A stretch of DNA of 64,000 bases from NCBI GenBank assembly GCA_002269645.1, contig NIVC01000040.1, positions 1,116,001 to 1,180,000 on the forward strand, written 5' to 3'. Of the stretch, positions 48,581 through 60,812 are shown in pieces (the stretch's first letter is position 1; every line of letters begins with the position of its first letter). The notes beneath the pieces are model-generated. The model did no database searches and had not been told where the DNA came from. It was given only the letters and a program-made list of their open reading frames with translations. Made by a program: the position numbers and the translations under genes. The stretch comes from Macrostomum lignano. Lineage: Eukaryota.

Positions 48581-50676
48581 CGAGTGGAACTCCTCCTTCG
48601 GAGGAGAAAGGGGAAGAACTCCCATCACCGGAATTCTATTCCCTGAAATATCCATCAACTGAAATTCCATGTCTTGAACCCTATCTTCCAAATCGTCTGC
48701 AAATTATTTACAAACCTTTCAAAGACCATAGCTCAAAGACTCTCACGTCTCTCATATCTCCTCTCTCTTCTATTCGCTATTATCGTGACTCTCTTCTCTC
48801 TCCTCTCTCTCATCTCATCTCTTACCCCTACTCCCTTATTTATCTCTTCTCCCTCGTCTTTCGTTTGTACCCTCTCCTGTCTCTTGTCTCCTCTCTTCTC
48901 TCATATCTCTCCTCTTCACTTCTGTCTCCTGTCTCCTCTCTTCTCTCTTATCTCTCCCTCTTCTCTCCTCTCTCATATGTCATCTCTCCTTACTTATCTA
49001 TCGTCTCTCTTAACCCTCTCTCTCTTCTCTTTTCTCTCCTATCTGCTTCTTATTTCTCATATCTCATATACGCTCTCACAATCTACTTTCTTGTCTCCCA
49101 TCTTTCTTTCCTCCTTACCACTATCCCCTGTCTCTTCTCTTCTCTCTTTTCTATCCTCTCCATTCTCTCTTCTCTCCTCTCCTTTCTCCTTTCATATTTT
49201 CCCCTCTCTTCTCTAATCTCTAATCTCTTCTCTCTTATGTTCTCACTCATCTCTTCTCATCGCATCACTCATCTCTCCTCTCCTCACTACTTTCCTTCTC
49301 TTAACTCTCTTATCTCTGATCTTTCATCTCTTTCCTCTCTCCTCTCTCTCTTCTCCTCTCGCTTATCTCTCTCCTCTCTCTCTTCTCATCTATACTACCT
49401 TATTTATATCTTCTCCCTGGTCTTTCGTCTCTACTCTCTCCTGTCTTATTTCTCCCCTCTTTTCTCCTCTCTTCTCTCTCCCCTCCTCTCTCATCTCTCA
49501 TCCCTCATCTCACTCCTTCTTTCTCCTCTACCCTCCCCTCTTTTCTATTACCTCTGTATGCTCTTATCCCTCATCTCTATTCTCTTTCCTATCATCTCTC
49601 TTGTCTCCCTCTGCTATCTCATATCTCCCCTCTCGTCTCCTCTCTCCTCTACCTTTCTCTCTCCTTCGTTCCCGCCTTACTCCCCTCTTCTCTCCCATCT
49701 GTCATGTCTAATCTCTCGTCTCATTTCTACTCTGTTTTCTATCATCTCATCTCATCTCTCTTCTCTTTTCATTCTTCTCTTTACTCTCTTCTCTGACTGA
49801 TTGAAGATGCCAAATCCATCAAGATCCTCTCCGCGAAACAGAAATCCTCTCCGTGAAACTGAGCACCATCGAAATCCTCTCCACGAAACAGAAATCCTCT
49901 CTGTCTTAAAATTAAAACATTGAAATCGTCTCCGCTAAACTGGACTTAATCGAATTTTTTCCGTCAAACAACTCAACTCTCCGGATTCATTGGTTAGGGT
50001 TAGGGTTAGGGTTAGGGTTAGAAGAACTACGCACAGCTTCGTGTTAAAAGGCACTGATAAAAATACTGAACTAATTGAATCAATTCATTGCGCAACCGAT
50101 TTCACAGTCAGTCAGTATCAGTCTCAGTTAAAGTTAACAAAAACATTGCGCAATCTAAATCAACCCTCCAATACACAGCAGCAGTGAGAAGTTGAACCCT
50201 CCCCCCAACTTTATCTATTACGTCTCGCAAAACTGAGTACAATCTTTGCAGAAAGTTAAAAGTATGGAAATAGTTTTTCCAATGCTGTGCTTTTTCTTTT
50301 CATATTTAAAGCAAACAACTTATATCCCCGAACTCAACGTTGCAAGATCTTTCCAGTAATATAAGTCTCTCCTCTCAAAGTTCAAAATTCGAGGAACAGT
50401 TAGCGTTTGAAATTTACCGATTTCCTGACTGCTTGCGAGAGAAGCTCGCAAGTTTGTTCATTGAATTTCATTGCCAAGCTAATACACAGGCCGATAAAAA
50501 AAACCAATTGAATCTCGACACAGTCTATCTGTTTACACTGTACAACTGCTATGTACACTCAGCCCAAGCCCAACCCCCCCCCCGTTCCGGGGGAATCATT
50601 AAATTTAACTCAACCCCTCAACTCGCGGGGGGTTTTATTTGCATTGAACGCAGAACACGCGCACCCACCACCCGAA
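48581..50676 (-). mobile_element. Helitron subfamily B unit, 5' truncated; near-duplicate of 45139-47555
   Basis: Shared hairpin, CT-rich tract, (TTAGGG)4 at 49994-50017 and core. Confidence 0.65.
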
Positions 50677-51325
50677 CTGTAAGTTCATCATCAATCCACA
50701 CTTGTAACTATAATTTATTTGTGGTATTTAAGCGCAAACGCTTTACTCAAGCTTTTGAATGTTCGGTAAATCTACACTGGTGTTGGGACAATGGCAGAAA
50801 CGGATCTCGCTCTCACTCCTAAATTGACCCAATGAGCGTCAGAGCAAGAGCTCAAGGTACCTTCGGTCCTCTGGCCGGACCCACTTCCAACTCTGAGCGG
50901 AAGATCGCGTCTTCGTTGGGATCGACCCGTCCCCAGGCAGACACAGTACAGTACGAATCTTCAGCCTTCTAAGAAATAACGCAGCTCACTCAACATGCTC
51001 TTGGATTCCACGAGTCCGACAGGCAAGCGAGCGACAGGCTTGGTTGCACGGAGCGCTGAGTAGTATCGTAGTTGACTGACTCAGCTGAGTGAGCTCTCGA
51101 TCGTCTGAGTTTATCTAAGTATCTGAGTCTGAGTAGACTCTGCGCACCCTTATGCCGTCAACCTCCACTTAAAAATCATACAAATATTGTGCACTGCTTC
51201 ACCCTTGGTGCACCGACCCCGACTACAACTGACAATGCGATTAGCGACTGTAGCTCCCTTTTACTTTACTTGTCCATGAGTTTGAGCATAAGCAGTGCTC
51301 TTTTTTATTTGCATTACAATTTCAG

Positions 51326-51622
51326 TTAAACTGCAAGGTTGCTACGTTCACGTCTATAAGGAAGTTGAGAATCTAAAATACCGCATATCAACCAGTGAGT
51401 CAATGACAATTGAGAGCTGCCAAAAGGACTGCAGTCGCTATACCTTCCGCTACTTTGGAGTCGCTAGAACAGAATGCTTCTGCGGTGATTCAAAAATTGC
51501 TCACAAAATATCTTTGAACAGATGTAATTACAGGTGTCCGGGAAACCCAAAGCAGATTTGCGGTGGTATTAACTCGATGGTTGTGTACGAGCAGCCCGCT
51601 ACACTTGTTACAGCCTCTGCCG
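51326..51622 (+). CDS. Isolated exon encoding one WSC domain
   Basis: GCY...MTIESCQKDC...YFG...ECFCG...C...CPG...CGG...VY cysteine pattern. tttcag| acceptor and |gtaaga donor; 297 nt, phase 1-1. Confidence 0.8.
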
Positions 51623-52137
51623 GTAAGAATGCCCTAATTTATTACGTTCAACTGTTCATTTATGAATGGTGTCATTGTCTCATTTCCTCGCTCGCTTATA
51701 GAGGGTAGTCTCTAGCTCACTCCTCGTCGGATTCTTAGTAAAAGAAAAAAGTGGAAGAAATTGTCGTCGACTTTATTCTTATCTATTGCAGAGAGTATGT
51801 TGTCTGACAGGTGAAACTAACAATCTCCTTTCACGTACAGACGCTTCCCGTCAATAACTTTGCTACTTCCGAGATCGTAATCTGTGCAGTTAGTGCACAG
51901 AAATTTCATTGTGTGCCATTGTACTGAACTAAAAACTGCTTCTGAGCAGCTGCAAGTTTGACAGTGGATGCGAAAACGAGGCTCGTTTGGGTAAAAAATA
52001 ACCCACTTTCAGCACTGCCTTCTCGACGTATGTTTATACCCGGTAGTATTTACTGTTTGCCGATCTTCGATAAAGAATTGATAAAGATTTCGATAACAAA
52101 TTGCTAGTCATTCCCTCCACTGCAGGGCGGTTCTCTC

Positions 52138-52527
52138 AATGGAAGAAGTAAATGTGAGGCTAGGAGCCCGCTGTGCCGCAGCGTGCTTCGTAAAGACAGT
52201 TCAGATGGGTCTCTAATAGCATACGCAAATTATACGGGTCCTGGTAGAATCTGGTTGAGAACTTTGCTAATAAGAGCCTAGCAGTTCTCCCATTACCCAT
52301 TACTCCTATTACGCTAAAAAGGTAATAGGAGTAAATGTGAGAATGGAAGAAGTAAATGTGAGGCTAGGAGCCCGCTGTGCCGCAGCGTGCTTCGTAAAGA
52401 CAGTTCAGATGGGTCTCTAATAGCATACGCAAATTATACGGGTCCTGGTAGAATCTGGTTGAGAACTTTGCTAATAAGAGCCTAGCAGTTCTCCCATTAC
52501 CCATTACTCCTATTACGCTAAAAAGGT
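52138..52527. repeat. 186-bp direct duplication with an 18-bp junction (period 204)
   Basis: 52138-52323 repeated at 52342-52527. Confidence 0.9.
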
Positions 52528-52749
52528 GGATGATGGGAAACTTCTATTGAAGGCGGGCTCCTATCAGTATACAGCATCGCGCAGATTTAACGGTTCATTT
52601 CTGTCTCGAGTTAATTTTACCACTGCCATTTGATATTTTTTTAGGATATCAAATATACATACTAGCACCTGGTGGCTTGAAATGCTTAATTCTATACGAT
52701 CCCGCATTTGGAAGCAGTCCTCTGCACACGCGTGTGTGAACTTGTCTAA

Positions 52750-54520
52750 CCAAGGAATTCTAAACCTAGCAATTCCAGCACTTGCTAGGTTTAGGATTCC
52801 TTGGTCTAACTAACCATTCACCAACCGTGTCAAATAATTCCATCGTATCAAACACATGCTTTGTCACACTCCTTAAATTGGTGGGGACCATACAGGACCC
52901 GGGTTTTGTTGCTTTTACTGCTTCCTTCCACATTAACGCTGCCTCCATCTCCTCAATATTTACTCAAGGACCACTAGAAGTTACCGTTGTCCTGGTGTTT
53001 ACTATGCCAGTCGGGCTAGATGTGTGTGAAAAAAGCAAGGCTGATGGGGGGAAGGATTTCACGTTCGTATATTCACCTTTGGTGGGATTAGGGATAACAC
53101 GACTCTGGACGGTCTGCAGGTGGGGGGAAACAGTCGACGAGCAACTTGGAGAGAAAAGCAGCAAAACTTTGCTGCTTAAACGCTTCCTGAAGAATACAGG
53201 GACGATGTTGTCGGGACCCGGCGATTTGAACGCTTTGAACGTATCGGTGCCAGCTGGAGCAGCTGGAGGGCGCACTGCTGGTAAAGCAGGCGATCGCTGC
53301 ATAGGTCTGTGGTCATCGACCACACACTCAGGATTATGAACCTGCGGAACGCATGTGGAGAAGAGTAGATTTAGCGAGCTTTCGGGCCTGGTAGTATAGT
53401 TATAATCCCGGTGACCGGTGTCGTGAATGAGAACTGACCAGCCGAGCTGTAAGGTGCTGCCTCTCAAGACTGGCGCAGTAGGCCTTCCAGGTGATCTTCC
53501 TGGCCTTTCGGATGCTACTTTTGAAGGTCCTCAGAAAAGAGTGACAGTTCTCCAGTTCCTCCGGGATGTTCGATTCACTCGCAAGGCTCGCCCTGCCGGT
53601 GCGGAGGGTATTCTTCTTCATCCGAGTGAGCTCAGGACTCCACCAGAGAGAGTATTTGCTGCTAGAATTAAAATTAGGTGCGTTGGTGTGATGACTTAGC
53701 TCGGCCGTGCTGTTCCTTGCCATCTATACCGAATGAGTTTGGTTTGTTGCACGCAATGTGTCACTTCTATGTACTCTTGCGTTCTCTCTATCAACTGCTC
53801 AGCCTTCACGTTGTACCTTGTTCGCTTAAGCATACGCAACGTGCATTCCCTTCGGCTCTACTATAAATACATGGTATTGAGAGACGCTAGCTCTCTATCT
53901 TGGTTCTAACTAAAACATAGTCTACAATAGTTGGTGCGAATTGCGGCGTTTAAGGTCTCAAACAAAGGTATTACATTGGTGTTCGATGCCCACTGAGGTC
54001 CTCGTCGGAGTCTGATCTCACGATCTCCGAACTCGCCTCTAGCTTGCTACAGAGTTGGGAACGGCATTAAAGTGCCGCCTGAGGATCTCGAGCTTGAGGA
54101 CTCACCTCAACATCGATTGCCGACAGGGCAGCGCCTGGGCATCAGGAGGAAGACAACCTTTCACGCACCGTCGCACTTCGTCAGAGCGTCCTCTTACTCA
54201 GTGAATAAACACATGTACAGGGTTTTGCAAGGATTTGCCATCGCTGATCTTGAAGTTTGGCTTCGCCGTCACATTGGCGTACGTACCGGCACTTGCCTTC
54301 TTGGGCGTCTTAGGATCCAGCGAGAGGTCGGTGCGCTGGTCTGCCCGTTGCCTTTTGCGCTCAAGGCCAGCCGAAGTTTTATCATCTCACTTGCGACGGA
54401 TGACTACCTGAAAGCCGTCGTTTTTAGACACACCCAACAGTGGGGGTGTAGGCCGAGGTGCGAGGGTTTCCGCTGGGTTCGCGGTGAGGTCAACCTTCAT
54501 GTTGAAGGGTTGGGGGATTG
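52750..54520 (-). mobile_element. Decayed LINE (R1/LOA/Jockey-like): ORF1 and ORF2 fragments
   Basis: [11 protein letters not shown]...[21 protein letters not shown] and FKAFKSPGPDNI (pre-RT region); KRQR...TPKK...TYANV ORF1-like segment at ~54200-54400. Confidence 0.6.
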
Positions 54521-54607
54521 ACGGACCCCCAGCCGCGTGAAGTTTCGGCTCCTGAGCTGTTTTTGTACGCTTTATTTATCTATGAAGCGTAGGCTGGAAT
54601 AAAGAAG

Positions 54608-55645
54608 CTAAGATCTAGAAAATGGGGCGGTTAACCGTGCGGGGGTGGATATACCTCCAGCAAGCTCCGGAGAATCCATCATGCAGCTGCTTTCGCTTCT
54701 TGTGCTATCCTTTTGTTTTTCAAACTTTTCAAGGACATTGATTGTGAATTCGGTCATAAGATCCTCTATTTTAAAACTCTGGTTCAATGACTTGGGTGTA
54801 TTCAGTTTCAATGGCTTGAGCATATTGTCTGCGGACCTGAGTAGGCTGTCTTGGGAAAGGAGGACTTCTTTGTTGTCGATAAGGTACGAAAGCATTTCCT
54901 TGTCTGTTCTGTTGTAATGACCAATTCTTCCACAGGTGTAGCAAGTGGGTGGCGGAGCGTATCTCTGTCGCTGTAGCATGATCACAGAAGTTTGGTGTTG
55001 CTGCATAAGTTTGCTCAATGTCGTATCACTACTACGAGTAGTCAATAGTGGGGCACTTGCTTCCCATTGCATGCCGCAACGAATTAATTGTTTCTCTGTC
55101 TCAATAGTTTCTCCTACCAATCTGTCTCGCAGAGAAGGTTGAGCATTAATAATGACTTGGAGGGTTAGGCTTTGTTCTTGATCAGTAAGGCGTTGTCTTT
55201 CTCGTGCAGCTACATGTAATTCTGCTGGTCCGATAGGTTGAGCTCCTGGGTTAGGTGGTGGTGGCTGGTGCAACGCTTTAATAATTTTGCGGACATCATC
55301 GACGAAGGTCAGGAAGGATTCCGTCAGACTCATTTTTCGGATATGAAGTTTGTGTAGAAGCACGGATCGATTGGTTCCACATCTGGCGAATTGTGTTCTT
55401 AGTTGTGTATCTAAAGTATGATAGTCTTGCTGAGCAGCAGCATTTAGTTTTCCATAAATTTCTCTGGCAGTACCTTCTAGCAGTGGAGGAAGAATAAGTG
55501 CCTTTTCTGGATTTTGTAGTCCATATTCGCAAGTTTCAAGGTCAAAGTGTTCAATGAATGTATTGAAATCCTTATCCATAGTATACATTCCAACAGTTTC
55601 CTTAACATCGCAATGCACTGTAGGGTTTCTTCAACTCGAGCCATA
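54608..55645 (-). pseudogene. Ty3/Gypsy-like gag
   Basis: F.EHF...LPPLLEGTAREIY...Y..L...L...F retrotransposon gag pattern; CYTCGRIGH zinc knuckle lacking its last Cys; probable frameshift near the 5' end. Confidence 0.7.
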
Positions 55646-55997
55646 TGTTCAAATGGAAACGGTAAAAGGACCAAATCGGGAACAATTTCCAAAGGGTTTC
55701 CAGATTGAATTTTCAAGGTGGTGAAAAAGTGCGTGCGTGTGCGTGTGTGTGTGTGTGCAAGCTCTTGTTTACTTAGGAAGAAAGGAAAAGTGGCACGGGG
55801 AGAAACTTTCTGTGTTGCCTTTACAAAAGGAAAGTAATTGAGTTAGGGTATTCCTGAATTTAACAAAAGTATAAACCGGTATGCAAAGGATCAAAGGGTC
55901 TATATGCAAACAATGGCAGTTTGGTAAAAAGTTCAAAAAAATTCAATAAAATGGACTTTGTTTCAAAGTGCTTTCAGCGATCTAGCCTGGTATATGT

Positions 55998-56635
55998 CTG
56001 GGCGAGATCACCAGTTGAATAATTGAAGAGTGATGATCAGTCACTCAAAAACTCCCAATTCTATACACTGGGGAACAAGTGCCTAGGTATAGGTAAAGTC
56101 AAATAGCTCTTACTGCTGCGGATCCTTTAGTGGCTTGTAGACGTCTTGGTTTGGCTTAGGTGACTCGTTACCTCCGGGAGTCCTTGACTTTTATCTGTAG
56201 GTCGACCAAAGACGAGAGCGAATCAGAAATCCTTGACGGTCCTCGAGCTCGGAATTAACAATAGAACGCCCTAATGAACAATCGAATTCTCTAAGAACGT
56301 AAACGCTTACAAATTGGACAAGTGTGGTCCCTCAGAGATTAGTCTTCTTCTTTGTTCCTTCGGAGTCTTCTTAGAGACCGCTCTGAGTCTAAATTTTTGA
56401 CTCGGATTTTCACTTATATTTATAGCAAAATTTTGGAGAAAACCGGTTTGGGATCCGATATTTACTTGGGTCATTCATGTTTGATTAAGCTGTCACGTAT
56501 GCTTGAGCATTACCATATATGGGGTTAAGCAAATACAGCTGTTGGAATCCGGTTCCTTGATCAAACAATGTTGGTCTCACGTGGGGTTCTAAATCACTCT
56601 GTTGGCGCGTGATTCCTAAAAATAGATATGACTCA
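55998..56635 (-). mobile_element. Candidate PBS and 5' LTR for the gag remnant
   Basis: Minus strand ...attattCA ac TGGTGATCTCGCCC, with a TATA-like tataaat upstream; the far LTR boundary is uncertain. Confidence 0.3.
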
Positions 56636-57584
56636 TTCTAGAATAAATTGACTTTCTTAGAATATTACTTTTAGTAGGGCATTACGGTATAGTTCCGGCT
56701 CTCTACAAGGTTCCAGCAGGCCCCAGCCCACGCTCTGCAAGATCAGGGGGCGGGGGGCCAGTGTAAAGGCGCCAGGTCGGGTTGACAGCCAACGCCAGAG
56801 CCCTTCCCCAAAGGAGCGGTCATTGAGAACCCGTGTGGCACCAGCACTAGCCACCTGCCCTGCAAAAGGCTGCAGGGGGTCCGCCCTCCATAGCAGGAGA
56901 CAAGAACGAAGAAGCTCCAAGAAAATGAAGAGCTGGCAGATGTCACGGAGTCCCGCGGTTTAAGTTGCCATTGCAAATATACTTGATGCAATGTAAAAAA
57001 TAAAGAGTTCAACTAATGTCATTTGTGAGTACCCAGAGGGAAATTTTGGGTACGCCTAAGGGTACCCCGACGGCGGCGCCTTTAGTCGGGCGGAGTCCGC
57101 CAGGGCGACTGGCTGTCCAGGCGAAGCGGAGTACATCTGCAGTGCGCTTGGGCGCCGGTAGAGAAGTTTTTTTTCTACTACTAGTAGAATGTTAAGCGCA
57201 TGCATCCTAGAAATTAAATCCAAATTTGCACGGGCAAATTTGCACCTACTGCACGCGGGCAGCACGGGCTTCTAGCTTCGTAGCAGCTCGTCTGCTTACT
57301 AGCTTAATAATGGCTTAATTCTATTATGATTTTCAACGAAGTCCTGAAGTTTTGGCTCGTGTATTGTTCGATATACGATACGAGCGTATTGGCAAATATA
57401 CTTAATTTTGTTTGTGCTTATAAACCGTTCAACAAAATTCAGCATTTCATGGTATTGTTGTTATACAATGCTTAGAGATTAACATATTTACTTGTCTTCC
57501 ATTGAAGTACTCAGAAGAGAGAAGACAATAAATATGAATATGAGCGTAAAAAAGCAAAGATACGGAAAGTCAGTTTTCGTTTCT

Positions 57585-58165
57585 TCAAAAACAATCATCA
57601 TTGCTCGAACTTGAGTCGCACTGCTCCATATTGGTGTCCGAAAGCTCGGAGTCGCTGGATTGCAGCCGAACCACTTTCATGCGTCGCTTAAATGCTCCAA
57701 CGTCACTCCTGCGCTTACGAGCAACTCGACTTGAAGTGAGAGCTTGACAGTCAAAGGCCGTGGCTGCAGTCGCAGTGACTTGCCGCTGCCGAGCACCAGA
57801 AGGCGTTGCAGCTGGGGCTTGGCATGGAGAGGCCGTGGCTGCAGTCGCAGTGACTTGCCGCTGCCGAGCACCAGAAGGCGTTGCAGCTGGGGCTTGGCAT
57901 GGAGAGGCCGTGGCTGCAGTCGCAGTGACTTGCCGCTGCCGAGCACCAGAAGGCGTTGCATCAGAATGGGTGCGGCTAATAATTGATGCAACCGCCGGAT
58001 TGATTGGCGTTAAGGCATCGGGAGCTGCTGCAGTGGATTTGCGGTGCAATCGCTTCTTCAGCCGATCGCTTCCACGCTTGAGCTGCTCACGACAAGCTTC
58101 TGCAACTGCTTTGACCGAAGGCCTGCCGGTGTCCTCGGTTCTGCCGAATAGCTTGGTCATCGCCT
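57585..58165 (-). CDS. DUF4806-like gene, exon 5 (last), with a 75-bp internal repeat
   Basis: ttgacag|ag, phase 1; EAMTKLFG...EACREQLKRGSDRLKKR; 25-aa repeat ATPSGARQRQVTATAATASPCQAPA about 2.7 times. Confidence 0.7.
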
Positions 58166-59134
58166 CTGTCAAAAAATAAATTGCATGGATTTTAGGTATA
58201 GTTAAATGAGTAAAAAGTATAAATGTGCTACTCATGATCAGAACTGATAGTAGTGCTTATAGCATTTATTTCTTTTCTCTGGTTTCGTTTCGTTTGATGT
58301 GTATATATCAAAAAGCTTACATTTATATGTTCTTTCGCTATCATAATTTTTTATGTAATGTATACAGCGGGCAGCCAGGATCGTTGGCCCTTCCGTCAAG
58401 GTGCCCTATAAGTATAACCTTAGCACCCGCCGGGTCACTGGTGGACTTGCCTTTGCACATAAACTTCTCCTAGGTCGTGGCTCCGAAGAGCTTAAACTTC
58501 TCCTTCCATCTCTTATCCAGAAGTCTAGCTATGGCTTTCGTTCAAATAACTGCCTGTATGAATTCACCTTAAAAATTCCCTTCTATGGAACAGAAGTTCG
58601 AAAACGGTCCTTCTCCACAGTACACTGAGATATGGAATTTACTGCCAGCAAGTCAGCAACCCTAGCAGACCCTGGCCTCGGCGCAAAATAGTTCAAGAGC
58701 CAGATCTCCTAGAAGCCACTATGCAAGGACTCCTAAACCTAAGCATCGGTTTAGGAGTCCTGGAGTCCTAAGCATTTAGGAGATGCTTAGGTTTAGGAGT
58801 CCTTGTACTATGAGCACCACAGAGTCCTCCCACCATCTCAATTGCCTTCCACCTCTCTTTCTTCAACATTTCTTTTGTCATTCTTATCTCTCTCTTCATC
58901 AGTTTCTCTGTAGCCATGGGGAACCCTTGTGGTATATTCGTCTCTGACCACTGACCAGTGACCAGTCTTATGGTGAGCTTAGTATAATAATAACAATGAT
59001 TATTATTGTTATTTCTTTATATATTCTCTAACTGGCTCGCAAACTTTTAAGAATCAAACCAGTTGTGATTGTGCGTCAATGATAAACTTCCGATTTAATA
59101 GTCTATGTGTCTATGTGACAAATATGATGCCTAC

Positions 59135-59342
59135 CTTGAATATAAGGCAGAAAAGCCATCTTAAATCCGAGGTCATCAATTGATAGTTGCGTTGAAACTC
59201 CTGCTTTGAGGGCTCGCTCACGCATATCCGTCCCCTTGAAGTTGACCACAGCCTGCATCAGAAGCGATAGGATGTTGTCCAACATATCACGGACCGAGTC
59301 TTGCCACTTAACTCGTCGGAAGAGCCTGAGGTGAGTCCTCAG
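59135..59342 (-). CDS. DUF4806-like gene, exon 4
   Basis: caacag| and |gtaggc; DSVRDMLDNILSLLMQAVVNFKG resembles DUF4806. Confidence 0.7.
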
Positions 59343-59435
59343 CTGTTGAACAGAAAATGCGAACATCATCGTCGGTGGAGAGTCTTAAACCCTTGCCACA
59401 TTAAGCGCAAATAAAATTACATTATGTAAACTCAC

Positions 59436-60353
59436 CGCTGAAAGTCGTTGTTCCGACGCTTCAACAAAGTCAATGTAATCATCCCAAGAATCGATTACTT
59501 CAAAGCCAGACACTTGAGGTGTTTCAGCCTGAGGATGCAAGATGGATGACATTTGATGCATCGCAGCGCGAAGTCCGGTTACGTCTTTCTGCAAGGCCTC
59601 CACCTTGGCCTCAAGCCGAATGCTTGTTACAGTGTACTCGCGAAGGAGGCTGAGCTGCACAAACAAAAGTCCCTCGGAGCTATCAAGTTGGAAGTCGACA
59701 TTATCCTGAATCTGCTGTTTCAATTTTCTTATATATTCCGGGCCGAATCTTGCTGATGCAAGCACTGGAAGATTTGGAGTCGCAGGAGTTGCTGTTGCTG
59801 ATTCAATCACTGCAACTCGTTGTCTAGGCCTTGGCTTTGGCATGGTGGAGGCAATTAGATCAACGGCAGAATCTCCTAGAGCCGCCACTGTCACCGTGTC
59901 AGCTACTCCATCCGTCTCCGCCTCCAGCGCAGCATCCGATTCATCAGCAGTCGCTTCCGCCGCTGCAGCATCCGCGTCATCTACCGCCGCCTCCGCCGCT
60001 GCAGCATCCGCTTCGTCTGCAGCCGCCTCCGCCGATGCGGCATCCGCTTCGTCTGCTGCCGCCTCCGCCGCTACGGCATCCGCTTCGTCTGCTGCCGCCT
60101 CCGCCGCTGCAGCATCCGCTTCATCTGCAGCCGCCTCCGCCGCTTCAGCATCCGCCTCGTGTTCTGTTGCATCAGTCGCAGTGGCTTCCTGCTCCTCAGT
60201 CTCTGGCTCGGAGTCGGGAAGTGGCAGTAACTGAGCGACAGTTTCTGGAGCGTCATGCGTCAGAAGAAGCGCAGCATTCCTCGCAAAGTTCGTCCCTCGC
60301 TCTCTGTCGGAGAAGAACGTTTCGGTATCAGATGCTGAGCCTTGTGACAGGTT
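59436..60353 (-). CDS. DUF4806-like gene, exon 3, with a 33-bp Ala/Asp/Glu repeat
   Basis: tttcag| and |gtgagt; 918 nt, phase 0-0; AAEAAADEADA repeats followed by a coiled coil. Confidence 0.75.
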
Positions 60354-60534
60354 CTGAAAGAGTAGGTTTAGGATAGATATGTAGGTAAAGTCAATCATCA
60401 ATCCTTTTCAAAATTTTTTTTCGACCTCAATTTTCTAACTTTCCCTCCGTCCTCTAACCTCCCCCTAAGCCTGATTGGCATTTTAATTCTTCAATCCTCA
60501 AGCCTAAATGCCATTGCTTGCAGTTCAAACTTAC

Positions 60535-60690
60535 ACCTGTTTGATAATTTCGACGGGCCTGCTTCGCGTCAGATGAGGAGAAAACTCGCGGCTTGACCAG
60601 CTGCATTATGCTACGCAGACGTAGCTTCTTAGCAATAAGAGTGCGTACAAACAAGAAGCTGCCTGGCTGCATTGTATCGTCCAGGATGAC
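60535..60690 (-). CDS. DUF4806-like gene, exon 2
   Basis: acaacag| and |gtaagt; 156 nt, open, phase 0-0. Confidence 0.65.
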
Positions 60691-60812
60691 CTGTTGTAAA
60701 AAGCGGTAGAATTGAAATATCCCAACTTCCGAGGATCAAGACGCAGTAATTATAGAATTGAATGCATATACATGTAAAGAGTGGAGCAAAAATACGAGTA
60801 GCAAAAACTCAC

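Noticed and set aside
45232-49800. Leu/Ser-rich 180-339-aa ORFs resembling membrane proteins
   Set aside because: CT-rich DNA lacks stop codons by composition; no domain signal.
50678-51227. Solo LTR (TGTAA...CTACA)
   Set aside because: No target-site duplication and no second copy in the window.
59831-60376. Plus-strand Pro/Leu-rich and Ala/Ser-rich ORFs
   Set aside because: Antisense shadows of the GC-rich 33-bp coding repeat in the minus-strand exon.
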